The position numbers were made by a program, and so were the translations under genes. Below are positions 25,032 through 39,930 of a stretch of DNA of 64,000 nucleotides, in pieces; positions within the stretch are counted from its first letter, which is position 1, and each line of letters opens with the position of its first letter. The notes under the pieces were generated by a model that saw only the letters and a list, made by a program, of their open reading frames with translations, did not search any database and was not told the origin of the DNA. The DNA lies in assembly GCA_951406725.2 (NCBI GenBank), contig OX597821.1, positions 61,256,001-61,320,000 on the forward strand, given 5' to 3'. The stretch comes from Octopus vulgaris (taxonomy: Eukaryota).

Positions 25032-27199
25032 ATAAATGTATCTCTATAGTATACATATACAAAAATACACAAACGTAAGCAATTACACACAAATACACAA
25101 TATATACGGAATCATGACGTTATGCGACCCACCAAAAATATATATCATGCTTAGCAGTGAAGTACAATGCACTACTCTCTATCGTATCGTGCATTCTGAG
25201 TGGTAGCTCTAAACGTTATTCTTACGGACAAGCAGAGTGGAATATTATTTCTCCTTGTCGTGCAATTTTTTATTAACTCATAGTATAATACAGGAACAAC
25301 TAACTTATAAATCTACCACTAAAATCCACATATGAATAAATACGCACACACGCACATACAAATGCATGTCCATGCATACATATTGACTTCTCTCTGTGTT
25401 TCTTTCTTTCTCAAACACACTCACTCTTTCTCTCTCTTTGTATCTTTTATTCTTTCTCTTCCTCACATATTTAATCATGGATACAGAACGTTAAATAAAT
25501 AATTATATGTATTTTCACATATAATTATTGATTCATATAGACATAGTCATACCGATTCAAATTTAAACACACATACATACATATATACATACATACATAT
25601 TATTAGCACGTGTGTATATGTACATTTTATTCACTTTTATGGCACATCATCATAAATTAAAACACAATTTCAGAGTTAGATATACAAAAAATGCAGACCC
25701 TAAATGATATTTAAACAACATATCCAGAATAGACTCATTGATATAATCTGCTTAATCTTCGTGTTTTCAGGGAAATGTGTCATAACAATTTTATGCGAAA
25801 TGTAGAGCTGTTGGCACCAACTAGTTTGATATAATAACCTTTTCTTCGATAGTAATAAATCGAACATAGAGTTCAATATAAGCTGAAACTGAGGAGTAGC
25901 TCCCTCAATACATATACTCTTGCGTATTCTGCTAGCTATATCTTCAGCCTGATGTATTTGAAATGCTGTGAATGTAGTGTGAAGAATAATTGTCACGCAC
26001 GCCGTACGGCAACTTTATGGAAAACTGAGTAGAGTAAGTGTGAGATGGCGGAGGAAAACTTAAGACGAGACATAGAGATAATGAGAAAAGTGATAGGAAA
26101 GGGGAGTAAAATAACTATTCGTATATACATTGGTGTAAGTAGAGACGTATATGAACCTTGGGCGCTCGCCAATTATTTAATACCATCGCCGTGGTGTTTT
26201 GGTTTGAAGAATCTCATTAAAAGCAAATCAGATATATAAAAGCCCAAGGTTACATTCACCAAAGAACTAACACATGTTAATGACCTGATGCTGTTCTTTA
26301 TGATTTTATTACTTTTGGCATAACTTCTTTTGCTTCAGGCTAAAAAGCTGAACTTTATAGCAAAGCTAGAAAAACTCTACTAATTGCAGCATTGAAAAGT
26401 CTTGAATGGCTGATAGTTTTAAATGCTGCATTATGTCAATAGATGTGCAGTACAGCATTCACTACTTTCGTTTGTCATTAAAATCTAAATTGCAGCTATA
26501 CAGTGAAAGACTATATGATAAGGAGATTTCTATTCTCAATTAGAACTTCTTTTTTGTATCAAACCTGCTTCGTTATTTGATCGTGCTGAGTAGACCCCAC
26601 CCGGCCTTTTGCGTACACTCTTATAATAAATTAAATGATGCACACATGCACGCACATATACGTATACATGCACACATATATACATATACGTGCGCACACA
26701 TACACACATACAAGCACACACGCAAACATGTGCGTGTGTCTGAGTGTTCGCGCGTGTGTTGTTTTTTCCGATAACATGTATATGTACTTCCATGAAGTTG
26801 GAATGAGAAAGGTTGCATGTATCATCAAAATATGCATCTAATGTACTTGTGACATATCAGAAATATGTGTTCTACTATAAAGCTTAAAACTCAAGTCAGT
26901 TTATACAGGATTTTATCAAGTAGCCATGAAGAACCTCGTGTAAAAGTACTTCTTTCTTGAGGTATGACAAATGTCTTGTACATGGTGACTGAAATACGAT
27001 ATTACCTTTGATAATACCCGGTCTGTATAAATTTATTTCAGATATTTATTTGTGTTTCTCACTTCAAGTCAGTAGCAAAACTCACAGTCGTTCACATGGA
27101 TTAATTTGTGTGAATAATTTTCAAGTGTGGTTTTTGCTTTGAAAGCAGAGTAAACAAATATACTTTAATTACAAAATTTTTGCATATTGAAATATGTAG

Positions 27200-27490
27200 C
27201 ACTCCCTCGATTGCGACGATGAGGGTTCCAGTTGATCCGATCAGCGGAACAGCCAGCTTGTGAAATTAACGTGCAAGTGGCCTTAATGTACCCTTAGTGT
27301 ACCCTTAATATAGTTCTCGGGGAGTTTCAGCGTGGCACAGAGTGTGACAAGGCTGGCCTTATGAAATGCAGGTACAAAAGAGACAGGAAGAAAGAGTGAG
27401 GGAAAGTTGTGTTGAAAGAGTACAGCAGGGTTTGCCACCACCCCTGCCGGAGCATCGTGGTGCTTTAAGTGTTTTCGCTCAATAAACATA
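27200..27490 (-). mobile_element. Interspersed repeat, SINE-C-associated 3' portion
   Basis: Its reverse complement resembles 62305-62395 (ggccagccttgt..ca.tctgtg.cac.ctgaa). Confidence 0.5.
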
Positions 27491-27498
27491 TAAACAAA

Positions 27499-27892
27499 GG
27501 CACAGGAGTGATTATGTGGTAAGTAGCTTGCTTGCCAACCACATGGTTCCGGGTTCAGTTCCACTACATGGCACCTTGGGCAAGTGTCTTCTACTATAGT
27601 CTTAAGCCGACCAGAGCCTTGAGAGTGGATTTGGTAGACGGAACCTGAAAGAAACCCGTTGTATATATAGCTAGATATGTATATGTTTGTGTGTCTATTT
27701 TTGTCCCCTATCATCGCTTCACAACGGCTTTTGGTGTATTTACGTGTCCGTAAATTAGCGGTTCAGCAAAAGAGAACGATAGAATAAGTACTAGGCTTAC
27801 AAAGAATAACTCTTGCAGTCGATGTCTTCGACTAAAGGCGGTGCTCCAGCATGACCGCAGTGAAAATGACTGAAGCAAATAAAAGAATAAAA
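27499..27892 (+). mobile_element. SINE family B, full length
   Basis: ggcacaggagtgattatgtggtaagtagcttgc...gggttcagttcc...gactaaaggcggtgctccagcatg...ataaaagaata. Confidence 0.88.
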
Positions 27893-29194
27893 ATTATATA
27901 CATCATATACTTCACATAGCAAAGAGAGGGGTGGAATAGAGAGTAAAAAGATAGATAGAGAAAGAGACTGTAGGAGAGAGTAAAAAAACCTCAGCTTTCG
28001 AGAGTAAATGAATGCAATTCCGTTCTGAGAATTGTTTTCTTTGAAAAACGTTGAATATAGGGAGATTTATTCTAATATTTGCGTGAAATGTACAGGAACA
28101 TTTGTCGTTCATTTGCTCTGGAAATGAAAGAATAAGACTTTCAATTAAGAATTATCCCACTAGCAAATACTTTACAACCCGTCCCCACCCTTCCAAAAAT
28201 AATCTCACCACTTACCGCTTTCCAAACAAATTCATCCTCGCCAAACCAACTCTCTGTCCTAATAAATATAAATCCCAGCCATAATAGTAGCACTACCACT
28301 TGCTACAGCAATGCTTGTCCGTTTTCTTTACACGTCATGAAAACGAAAAAAATTCAGAAGGTACTGAAGCAAAACTCATGATCATTTCCATCAGTACAGC
28401 AACAACTAGAGTGAAACCGAACCCGAATGTATTTTATTTCTTTTTTTCTTAACTATTCTTGTTTAAAGGGTACTTTTTTTAACCAAGCTGAAACTGACGA
28501 AAAAAGAAAATCGATAGACATATACTATAGTTCCCCTCTTCACTAAATAATTTCTATTTCTAAGCAACAAAAAGATCAATGCAAAGATATTGAAGTGGTA
28601 CAATGAACCATCTACCTTAGTAATATTAAATCTTGTAAAAGCTCGAGCTTTCAGCCTTCCTATCAATGCACAAAGATATAAAAATTATATGCAGAGAGCT
28701 AGAATGCAGTAAAGTTTTTACTTCATTCAAGCCGAGACCTCCTCAGCAACTTTTACTTCGACTCTGAGGGAAAGTTAAAAACATTAGAGTCATTTGCAGA
28801 CATAATGCTGGCTGGAAAATGAAGGGAGTTACTTTTTCTCTGTCTAGGATTCCCTTACCGAAAGTGCTATAGAAGTAGTGATAGACAGCTTCAACTTTTT
28901 CCTTATGAATGGGTCTACTCGGAAACCGAAATCTCAGATAAGGCAAAGATAGAGAAACTCTTCCTGTTTATAACTGTTTTTTTCCTCGTGCTAGAGTCAC
29001 TGAAATACAACGAACAAATCATTTGTCACTAGTTTTGAGCAACCATGCTTTGGTATCCAGAAGCTGTACAAACTTTCACTAGAATCACCTCTTGCTAATC
29101 TGTTGAGCAAATGGCTGCAGTCAGGTTTTATACATGAGCATTTCATCTTCTGTCCTGGTTTGTCATCTCAGTCTTTAAAACAAAGATTCAATCG

Positions 29195-29700
29195 CTCGCA
29201 TCCATTACCAACTAATCTCATTAATCTTTCATAATATTAAACTATATCGGCGAAAAAAGAAAGCGGATTACCCAGGGAGAAATCAGCTAGATTCCAATCA
29301 GAATGGTTTTCATAGTAACAGACACTTCTTGACACAGATCAGATTCTGTATCATTTTAATGGCATTTTATATGATCTGGCAGAGGGCTTCAAAACAGATG
29401 TAATTTTTCTCGACTTAAGTGAAATCTACGACAGAGTCGACCACAAAAACAGGCTGAATAAATTATCGAAATTTGGGAGACCTTGAGAAGCTACTGCAGA
29501 CGATTATATACTTCTGACAAACAGAACACAACAAACTGTGCCCAAGGAAGTTTACTTAAGCTGAGTAAAAGTCAATAGTGTTATGTCGAATCAACCTCTC
29601 TTTGATATTTAAATTTATAACATTGCAAATGTCATCATACATAGAAAAATTGAAATCTTTACAAGATGATTTTAAGCTCCATTGGGTCTGAAGGAAATAT
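29195..29700 (+). pseudogene. Highly decayed LINE RT fragment, homologous to 13790-14450
   Basis: Colinear remnants NQNGFH, DVIFLDLSEIYDRVDHK, LTNRTQ and a DDFKL-like motif. Confidence 0.65.
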
Positions 29701-31383
29701 GACTAAACAGAACTCCAATCTGTTGTACGATATATTACTGATAAACGAGGAAATTAATTATCAAATTTATCTTATTCGGGTCAGAAAATACTTTATAACA
29801 CGCCTGGTGCCTTCCTGCAGTGTTCAGGCTGTGCTCACATGGCATATACAAGCTAATACAAGACGATAGAATATGAGAAAATACGAGGAAGTGTGAGAGG
29901 GTATATGTAAAAGGTAGAAAGGAGAAAACACTGGAAGAGGAAAGGAAAATGAAAAGAGAGTAAAAGAAAAACGAAAAATGGGTTATGTCCCCTTCGACCA
30001 GAAATTTATAATAAGGCTGAAGGGATAGGAATCTAGAGTCTGCGGTACAGCTACTCGATCCGGAGAGGGTGTTATTTTCCAATTCGTCAACAAGAAGGTA
30101 TCCATATATTTACATCCGTTTAAAATTTTAGATCTGGAATTCACAAGTGCAGTAGAATTCTTAAATCTGAAAGGGAACATTCAGAATGTGTACATGAATT
30201 CTTGGGACTTTTATAGTTTATAGGTCCTGATGCCACCTTCCTTTCTTTTTCGACGTTTACTAATTCTCAGTTTGCATACTGCTGTCCACTTTGGTCTCCC
30301 TTTGCATAACAAGACCCTATGAAAGTGACACACTCTAGAATCAATCACAAACGTTAATTTATTATGTCGGGTCTTAATTCTTGCGATCGCCTCAAAAATC
30401 AAAAACCCCTTTCTCCCTAACACTCTTGTGAGCAGTACTTTATTTGTACACTGTAGAAAATACTCCATCAACATTGTCCAGACAATCTCACAAGTCACCC
30501 ACACAAATCTAAGTTTTTACAAATATTGAGTCCACATAATATAAAGACATTGGCAACAAATGTTTTTCTTAAAACTCAATTATCCATATGATATACAAAA
30601 TAAATTGAAAAAAACATTGTACTCCTTATCATTTAAATGGTGTCTGAACAAATTCTTCCAAGACGTAGCAGATAAACTACTGGGAATAAAACACCTTACG
30701 GCAAACTCTTTATTCATTGTATTACAGTTTCCAAAAGCATGACCCCACTCGACAAAAAAAAAAACAAACAAACAAAAAAAACAGATAGGTGATTCTACTT
30801 AGTTTAACATGGCGAGGAACAATAAGTAAAATTTTGTTACGAACTCAGCACATACCAGACAAATAAACTGAAATAACTACTTAATAGTGTATGTCTCTAT
30901 GCATGAAATAACTATTTTGTAGTGTATGTAGGTGTCATTAAACTGTCCACGACTCCAATCAACAAATTCATGTTTATACAAATCCATGTTATATGATACT
31001 ATTCAACTGTTACACTTGCTTTGAAAATTAAGTAAAGAGGTTATACTAGTTGTTTAATTGCTGTATGCACAAGAAAAGTAAAAGTATTCAATGTGGTTTC
31101 ATTCTAGACTTAGTGGACATTAATCACACCATAAGTGTCTTCTTATGTACACACAAAATTTATTATTATTAGCTTTTTTTTATCTCCTTATAGTGCACAC
31201 ATATTTGAACATAGCTATAGAATGATATGCATAATATGCATGACTGCGGGTGTTATCAGAACGGATTAGTTAATTAATACTGAATTCTCACTTCTAACTG
31301 TCGAAGCTGCTGCAGTTTTTTCACAACTTCCATTTCTGTAGCGAATTGAAATATGTATATGCGTGTATGTATGTGTGTGTGTG

Positions 31384-31419
<36 letters not shown>

Positions 31420-31608
31420 GTATGTGTGTGTGTATGTGCGCGCGCGTGTAGTTTCATACTGAAGACACATATTTTTTCGAAAAACAGAAAAACATGCTCA
31501 CAAGATTAAATTGCATAAATCTCCTTGCATATATATATATATATATATATATATAATGTACACTTACGCACACAAACACACATACACACATACGCACACA
31601 CACACACG

Positions 31609-31681
<73 letters not shown>

Positions 31682-31970
31682 ATCAATATATGTATATAAA
31701 CACATATACATGTAAATGTGTTTGTATGTCATATCAGTTATGTATGTATAATGCGTCTAACCACACTAAATCATGACTGGTTTTTAGATATGTTTTGACA
31801 GTAAATTCAAATAAACTTGACATTTTGGCCATACGTAGAATCAATTTCTCAAATGTGACGAACTGTAATTTGGTTTTCTTGTATATTTTTCTCTCCTTGT
31901 ATATAAATCTCTACCTCGTTTTACTGGCATGATATTTTTACTTTTCTATAGAGTGTGAGTGTATAGTCTA

Positions 31971-32124
31971 AAACAACAACAACAACAACGATAACTACTA
32001 CCACTACTACCGCTGCTGCTGATGCAACTGCTACTCTGGTCACTACCACGATCATCACGACCACAACACCACCACCACCACCACCACCATTGCTGCTGCT
32101 ACAACAACAACAACAACAACAACA

Positions 32125-32165
<41 letters not shown>

Positions 32166-32510
32166 CACTACTACTACCACTACTACTACGAGTGGTACTT
32201 CTACGTCCATCACCATTACCAACATCACAACCACCATTACTGCTGCTACAACAGCAACAACAACAACAACAATAAAAATAACAACAGCAACAACAACTAC
32301 TACTACTACTACTGCTACGAGTGGTACGTCTACGTCCATCACCACCAACAACATCACCACCACCAATACTACTACTCGACTAACACTACTATGCTACTCC
32401 ATACGATATACTACATAACTAAGTACAGAAGTAACAGACATTACAAAAAAATACAAAAACACTGGAGCAGCAACAACAATAAGAGCCACAACAACAACAA
32501 CAATAAAAAT
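31971..32510. repeat. Compound trinucleotide tract (AAC/TAC/CAC) with an internal ~130-bp duplication
   Basis: acgagtggtac.tctacgtccatcacca occurs at ~32187 and ~32317. Confidence 0.9.
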
Positions 32511-33174
32511 ACTGATTTGAATACATCTTCTTGGCTCTCGTCAGTAAATTATATTCCATTCTGAATGAATTTGATTTTCATTTTACATGACAAACGTAAC
32601 TCAGCAACGTTTCTATTGTATACGATCGCAGACAAACAATAACATCTCAGATATAATAAAGACTTTGGAAACTGTTCACTCGAAGTGCCGTCATCAACAA
32701 CAGTCGGTTTTGTAAACTTAAATAAAGTAAAACTTTATACAAAATACTATAATGATATAGATGTCTACATAATCTATTTTGTGAAAGAATATTCATACAT
32801 TTATTACTAAGGGTACAAACAGAATCTTCAGATTTAAACGGCGTCACAGAATATTTTATATGTATTTATGAGTGTGTATGCCTTTGCATCCGACATGATA
32901 TCGACATCATCGCATATCAACTTTAGGAAGAGTATTCTACTGGAGTCTCCTTTGGCCTAGCTTGCTAGGCATATGATGACAGCTACTACGCCGAAATTCC
33001 TAAGTAACTGTCAACCTTCTTATAGACAAAATTACACACAATAGTAAACAAGAGACAGAAACAGGCAGAAACAAGGAAAATGCTATCAATCACTGAAACC
33101 TGTACTGAAAAGCTTTTTCTATAATTATTTTAGCATTTTCTACCTTGAATTTTTTCCATATATATATATATATG

Positions 33175-33449
33175 TTTAAATTTAATTTGCCAAAATACTT
33201 TCGTCGCTTTGAGAGACCGCCACATGTTCACTGACAAAATTCCGTGCAGCACGAAGTTTTGTCAGTGAACATGTGGCGGTCTCTCAAAGCGACGAAAGTA
33301 TTTTGGCAAATTAAATTCAAATGTTTAAGTGAATCTTACGGTTTTTGTGTGTTTCTTAAATGGCTTATAAATATCTTCCTCGCTGCAATTGTTTTCGTTC
33401 CAGAACACGATCTGAGACAAGGTCACTTGCTATGCAAGTACATCTCAAC
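33175..33449 (+). mobile_element. Palindromic HHR element (33175-33321, axis 33248) plus ~128-nt tail between (TA)n and (CA)n
   Basis: Near-perfect palindrome. The tail end aggtcacttgctatgcaagtac recurs at 34995-35058 on the minus strand. Confidence 0.8.
33258..33310 (+). ncRNA. Type I hammerhead motif with compensatory G3-C8 core (mirror 33186-33238, minus strand)
   Basis: tttgtca GTGAACA t gtggc[..]gcgac GAAA gtat TT tggcaaa. Stem I is 7 bp and stem II has one mismatch. Confidence 0.65.
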
Positions 33450-33516
33450 ACACACATAGACACACACACACACACACACAGATATATATATATACATACA
33501 TATATATATATATTTA

Positions 33517-33560
<44 letters not shown>

Positions 33561-33660
33561 TATATGTATATACATATATATATATGTGTGTGTATGTGTT
33601 TGTGCATGAGTGTATGTGTGTGTATTTATTTATATATTTCATGTATATATATATATATGA

Positions 33661-33692
<32 letters not shown>

Positions 33693-33739
33693 GAATATAT
33701 ATGAATATATATATATAGTATATTTCATATATATTCATA

Positions 33740-34079
<340 letters not shown>

Positions 34080-34814
34080 CAAGGTTAAAGAACAAATAAA
34101 TGCAAGGTCATCCGCATAACATTTCATAATTCGAGCATTTAATCATAGAATATACATTTAAACATCCCGCAAGATGGAACATAATTCATCTGTACAAGCA
34201 ATAAGCATATAATAAGGTGCGAGAAAGAAGCTTCATCACTGTTTAGAGTTATTACTTTAGCGATTCAGAAAAATACATTTAAAAAAAAATTACAACATCT
34301 AGAAAGTAAAAATATAATATAAAGTAATATATAAAAATATATAGGTATATAAAAATATATAATATATATAGATATATATAGGAGTCATATAAAAAATATA
34401 TAATATATATCATGTAAATAAAATAAAAGTTCATCGTTTAGAAATCTTATAAAATTATTCAAGTAAAAGAAGCCTTATAGTTAAAAAAGAGGAAACCATA
34501 TTTACTTAATCCCTATGGCCATTTCAAGTGTGTATCATTATGTTTAAAGCACTAGGGTGCATCAAGATAATACCTCCTTCGTCAGGGGAAAAAATACAGA
34601 AAGACAGACATCATCGCGTAGGAGAGTGACTGGCAGAGAGCCGACTCAACAAATGTTTTTAATATAACCATGGGATCATCAGACTCTGCACAGGTGACTG
34701 CACAGGTGACCCCCGCATGTGTAATTGGGATTTCTTAATGGCAGTGTAACCTTCAAATAATTAAGGGATCTTCCGCCAGGTGAGTAGCCAGCCGAGCACC
34801 ATTCGTAGTTGTTA

Positions 34815-34935
34815 CGAGCAACGTGAAATAAAGTGTCTTGCTCAAGAACACAACACGCAGCCAGGTCCTGGATTCGGGCTCACAACCTCACGATCATAAG
34901 CGCAACGCTCTAATCACTGAGCAATGCACCTTCAC
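34815..34935 (-). mobile_element. SINE family C, 5' part
   Basis: gagcaacgtgaaataaagtgtcttgctcaagaacacaac matches 2072-2111. Confidence 0.75.
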
Positions 34936-34963
34936 CTACATACATGCATAATACATACATAAT

Positions 34964-34995
<32 letters not shown>

Positions 34996-35099
34996 GTTGG
35001 AGTTGTACTTGCATAGCAAGTGACCTGACCTGAGATTGTGTGCTGGAACAAAGACAATTTTTTAAAAAGGGTTTGTTATCACCTTCCGCGCTCCAACTG

Positions 35100-35159
<60 letters not shown>

Positions 35160-35170
35160 ATATATATGCA

Positions 35171-35227
<57 letters not shown>

Positions 35228-36419
35228 TATATTTAATCTTGGTTTTATATAGTCTTTGTTGGGTTAAAGTCTTGCTTGGGTTTACGCGATAATTAGGTTT
35301 TTTAGGATAGCATGTTGTGTATGCATTTCTATTTATATATTTGTATTTGTGTGCGTGTGTTTACATGCGTGTGTGTGTATTTGTTTAGCGGCTGCGTTTC
35401 AGGATTACGTGAGCGAAAATCCAGTGTCGAATATATACGAATATGAACTTTAAAGTTTGATATCACGGTCACAGTTATTCATTTCGAAACCAGGTTAGAA
35501 GGAACAGTACGAAATTTTAGGCATTTATCTGGAATCTGAAGAAATGAAACATTTATAATGACATCCAATGAAATAGTTTAGCAAGGGCCATATAAGTTAA
35601 TGTCGTGACTTATGGACATTGGAAGGAATGTACATCCATTTCTTGAGAAGATGCCCTACGGTAAGAATTCTTCCCTTATTTCAGCATGTAAGGATATGAC
35701 CTATATGGAAATGTACTTCGGATGTGTATCCAGATAGATGTTGCTTCTATATCATTCAGATTCTCTCTGTTTCCCATTTGGAACTGTAATGAAATGGAAC
35801 AGCGAAGTGTGAAACTGGAACACACGCGATATAAACAGATTTAAATCAGAACGCTTATGATTTTTATATAATTGTAAAGCAAAAAAAAAAACCGCGTTAG
35901 GCTTTCATTTTGGACCACAATTTTCATTGAACTTCAACCTATGGTGATTAACTCCATCGAAATGCAGCGAAATGTTGTCCCTTTTCCACTGGAATCATCA
36001 GCTTCTAGCATTTTGATAATGTGAAAAGTTATGCTTTTCGTGATTTACGCAAAATCACAGTAAAAGATGGATTTCATTCAATTTATGGTTCGTACTCTCT
36101 ACTTCGCAAAACCAAAATAAAACATTCTAATTCAATTTGCATTTGCAAAATTAGACACTTGCCGACTTCTTTCTTGGTAATATTTTCTGCCAACATATCC
36201 TCTGAATGGTTGACACCACTGTTTCTTATTGTACATCCAAATATTTTCTTGACTAGAAAATATAAGAATGAAATGAGTAATAGCAACAATGTAAATTAGA
36301 TAAGATAAAACAATAATACAGATGAAGATATGAAAATGTTGCCTGTACTTAAATAATCCTGATATTTGGTCTTAAGAGCGACACAAAGTACGCCTCAGAG
36401 GACGAGAGAGAGAGAGAGA

Positions 36420-36464
<45 letters not shown>

Positions 36465-36884
36465 GATACATGTCCATGCTGTTTGCATATCGATATTCAA
36501 ATTATGACGTGTGTGTTATCGAAATAGCACGTGCAGCAGTTAAGAAATTCGGGGCTGTATTCTTGTGTTCCAAGGACTATTAGTATTTCACTCAAATGAC
36601 ATGTGAGGAGAAGAAAACTGTCGAATTGTTATGAGTTTTTTTCGTTATTGTGAGAATTTTTGTTTTCGTCATTGTGTGAAATTTTGGTTGCTTGGTGTTC
36701 AATTACGTTTCCCTTTTCTTTACCTTAATGTTCAATTTAACGTATTTATTTTATAAATACTTTTTGTATTGTTGTTTAAACAGGCGTTATATTAAAAAAT
36801 TCATTATAAATGCTATTCATCATGAGGAAATGAATTTCACGCGTATATGTAATATGTAATATATATATGTATATACGCGTAAAA

Positions 36885-36923
<39 letters not shown>

Positions 36924-36934
36924 TTCATTTAGTA

Positions 36935-37138
36935 ATTTCAGTCATTAGACTTTGGCCATGCTGCAGCACCAACTTGAAGAAATTGTAGTTTAATGCAGTG
37001 AATGGAGTGCAGTATTATTTTTTCAAAAGCATGGACATATATTCCATCGGTTACTTTTGCTGAATTGTTAGTTTACGGGGACGTAATCACATCAACACCA
37101 GTATGAAGCTGTGGCGGAGGATGTACACATACACAAAG

Positions 37139-37176
<38 letters not shown>

Positions 37177-37368
37177 AAATAAACACAAAGACGCACATAC
37201 ACACTCACACACACGCAAATATATATATGACAGGCTTCTTTTAAATTCCATCTGCCTAATTCACTTACTAGGCTTTGGTTGGCCCGAGGGTTAAATAGAA
37301 AGCACTTGCCTAAGGTGCTCGCAGTGGGACTAAATCTGGAACCATGTGGTTGAGAGACAAACTTCTTG
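36935..37368 (-). mobile_element. SINE family B, degenerate
   Basis: Colinear with 8683-9127. Confidence 0.78.
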
Positions 37369-39539
37369 CCTGATATTCCAAACTCATTATTTATTTCATA
37401 CAAGTATTCTCTCTAACATTATTTAAATTCTACCTACCTGCATTATAACCTCTATTGTAAATACATCGATTAGACTAATTTACGTTACTGCTTATGAGCT
37501 TTATTCGTGTATATTTATCCCCTAAATCGTCCCTGGATACTTTAAAGTCTCTATGATTATCTTCCCTTTCAGAACATTCTCAGGTAAAACAGTGTGTTTT
37601 GGTTGTATAGCAACGCGCAAGCTTCCTTACTCTCTTTTGTTCCCTTCTATTACGATATACATTCGGCGCTGATTGATACATATGTAGAGCAAGGCATCAC
37701 AAGAATTTCTCTGCTGCATTGTCAGTTAATGAAATATCTATGTTTATGAAATATCTAGATTTCTAGAAGGTTTTCATAAAAAATAAATACACTCAAGTTT
37801 TTCCTAATGTGTGTGTATTCATGGTTAATACATTCCATTACACTTATTTCACATACGCATGGGTCGTAACTCCAAGAAATTTATTAGTTATGGAAATTTC
37901 CTGCGGAATGATTAGACAAATTGAATCATGCCTTGTGTAGCTCAGTTTGAACTGTGTATCGCACAAACACTCGCCCACACAGGCACACGTACCCTATGCA
38001 CGCATATCATATTGGCTTCATATGTGTTGCTTGTGTGAACTGAGTTTGCACTGTGTTTATCTTTTTCTCATGTGTGTTTGTATATCTATTTCATGAACGC
38101 ATTATCATGGCATTGCAAATTTGAAGAGCATAAGGAGCGGGGAATGCCAACAAGGTTGTTTTCAAATAACCTATATAAACTAATATACAACAACAAAATC
38201 TTGTTTTCCTATATCGTTATGATGTGTATGGCTATAACTCAGATATTTGAACGTATGCTAAGACCAATGTGTAAAATGATGCAGTTTTTTCTTTTATATT
38301 TCACATAAAAGATTTTAAATATACCTCCAGGATTTATATTTATTTTACAGTGCCTTAATTATAGAGCTTTTGAATAGCGGCCTCATAGATCGATACAAAT
38401 GTAAGTGCAACAATTTATTTGATATAAAATGAAAACCTTCATTGCAAACGGCTCAACTTAAGAAAAATGTTTAATGTGAGGACTATGAATTCTTGGAACA
38501 TATTTATGTCATGGTTATAGAAAGGCAGTATTCCTTGTATTTGGTCTATTAAATCTTTACCTCTTGTAATGTTTGCTATTAATCCATTTTTAACGCTTCC
38601 AGCAATGTGCTTTCACTGGTTCACGAAATTACAGACAAGCGGAATAAATATCTCCTAGAATGAGTAGCATTTGGATCTAAAATCAGATAACTTCTTTTAT
38701 TGCTAATGTTACGCATTTATTGCAGGAATTTACTGTTGTGCATATAAACTTATTTTGTTATATCCTTCGCTATTTGTAGTGATTTAGTAGTAGTAATAAT
38801 ATTAGTGGTATTAATAGCAGTAGTTGTTGTGGTGAAGCTGGTGGTAGTAATAGTAGTAGAAGGAACAATAGCAATAATGACGAAGATGTAAACTATCCAG
38901 AACGTTCCGAAAACAATAACAATTACCCTAGAAAACATTTTGATAGAAACAGCGTTTTGTTTTTATTTACGAAACAACAGAATTAAATCGAAGAGAAAAT
39001 GGAAAACAATATAAATAAACTATTGAGAAATGAAGGAAATATAAATGCTCGATAATTGAAACAATCAAGATGAAATTAATTTTGTCTTTGCTAATGTAAT
39101 TAACACTAAAGCTCTGTCAATTATTTCCTGACTAAAATTCTTTATATTCTATTATTTAACCTTTATTATTTTAATTACTTTTCGTGTTATATTAAATTAT
39201 TTCATATGTACCTAGTGTGTAAGCTTTATGTACTCATTTACTGTTGAAAATCTAAAATTATTTTTATATCTAAAGAAGACATCACATCAATATATTGTTA
39301 GTGAATACACAAGAGGTTGTGTTTGTATGGTCGCTCGACCTATTCGAAATCGTGCCAAACTTACGTTGCAGCATACAAATTTCCTCTCATGTAGCAACAA
39401 GCAAACTTCAAATAGAAGAGAAAATATTGATAATGTATTCTTAGAATTTAAAAGACGCCATTATTGATAGTCAGTCTTAGCGAAATATATCAAAGTGATA
39501 AACAAAAATTGCCCTTTTAATTTTGACACAAGATCAGGA

Positions 39540-39930
39540 AATACGAGAAGTGGAAGTTAAGAATATTGAATCCAGTGCTTAACTGGTATTAATGTTATTG
39601 ATCCTGAAAGTCGACCTCGGTGGAATTTGAACACAGGACGTAAAGAACTGGAAAAAGTACAGCTATGCACTTTGTGCGACGCAGTAACGACACTCCAAGC
39701 ATACCGAACAACACTAATTCTTTCTACAATAGGCACAAGGCCAGACATTTGGGGAAAGAGCGATAATCAATTACGAGGCCCCCAGCACCCAACTGATACA
39801 TTTATTGATCACCGAAAGAACGAAAAGCAAAGGCAGCCTTAAGAGAGTTTGAACTTAAATCTTAGACCTGGAAGAAATGCTGATAAACATTTTCTCCAGC
39901 GTACTAACTAGCTTGGCATCAGCCTCCTTT
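39540..39930 (-). mobile_element. Two degenerate SINE family A copies
   Basis: Contains aaagtcgacctcggtggaatttgaac and aggcacaaggcc...gaaatgctgataaacatttt. Confidence 0.6.

Noticed and set aside
32022-32564. 180-aa poly-H/N/Y ORF
   Set aside because: It is a trinucleotide repeat read-through with no domain or splice evidence.
36831-36889. Small inverted repeat atgaatttcacgcgtatat / atatacgcgtaaaattcat
   Set aside because: It is short, sits around a TA-rich spacer and has no ribozyme core.
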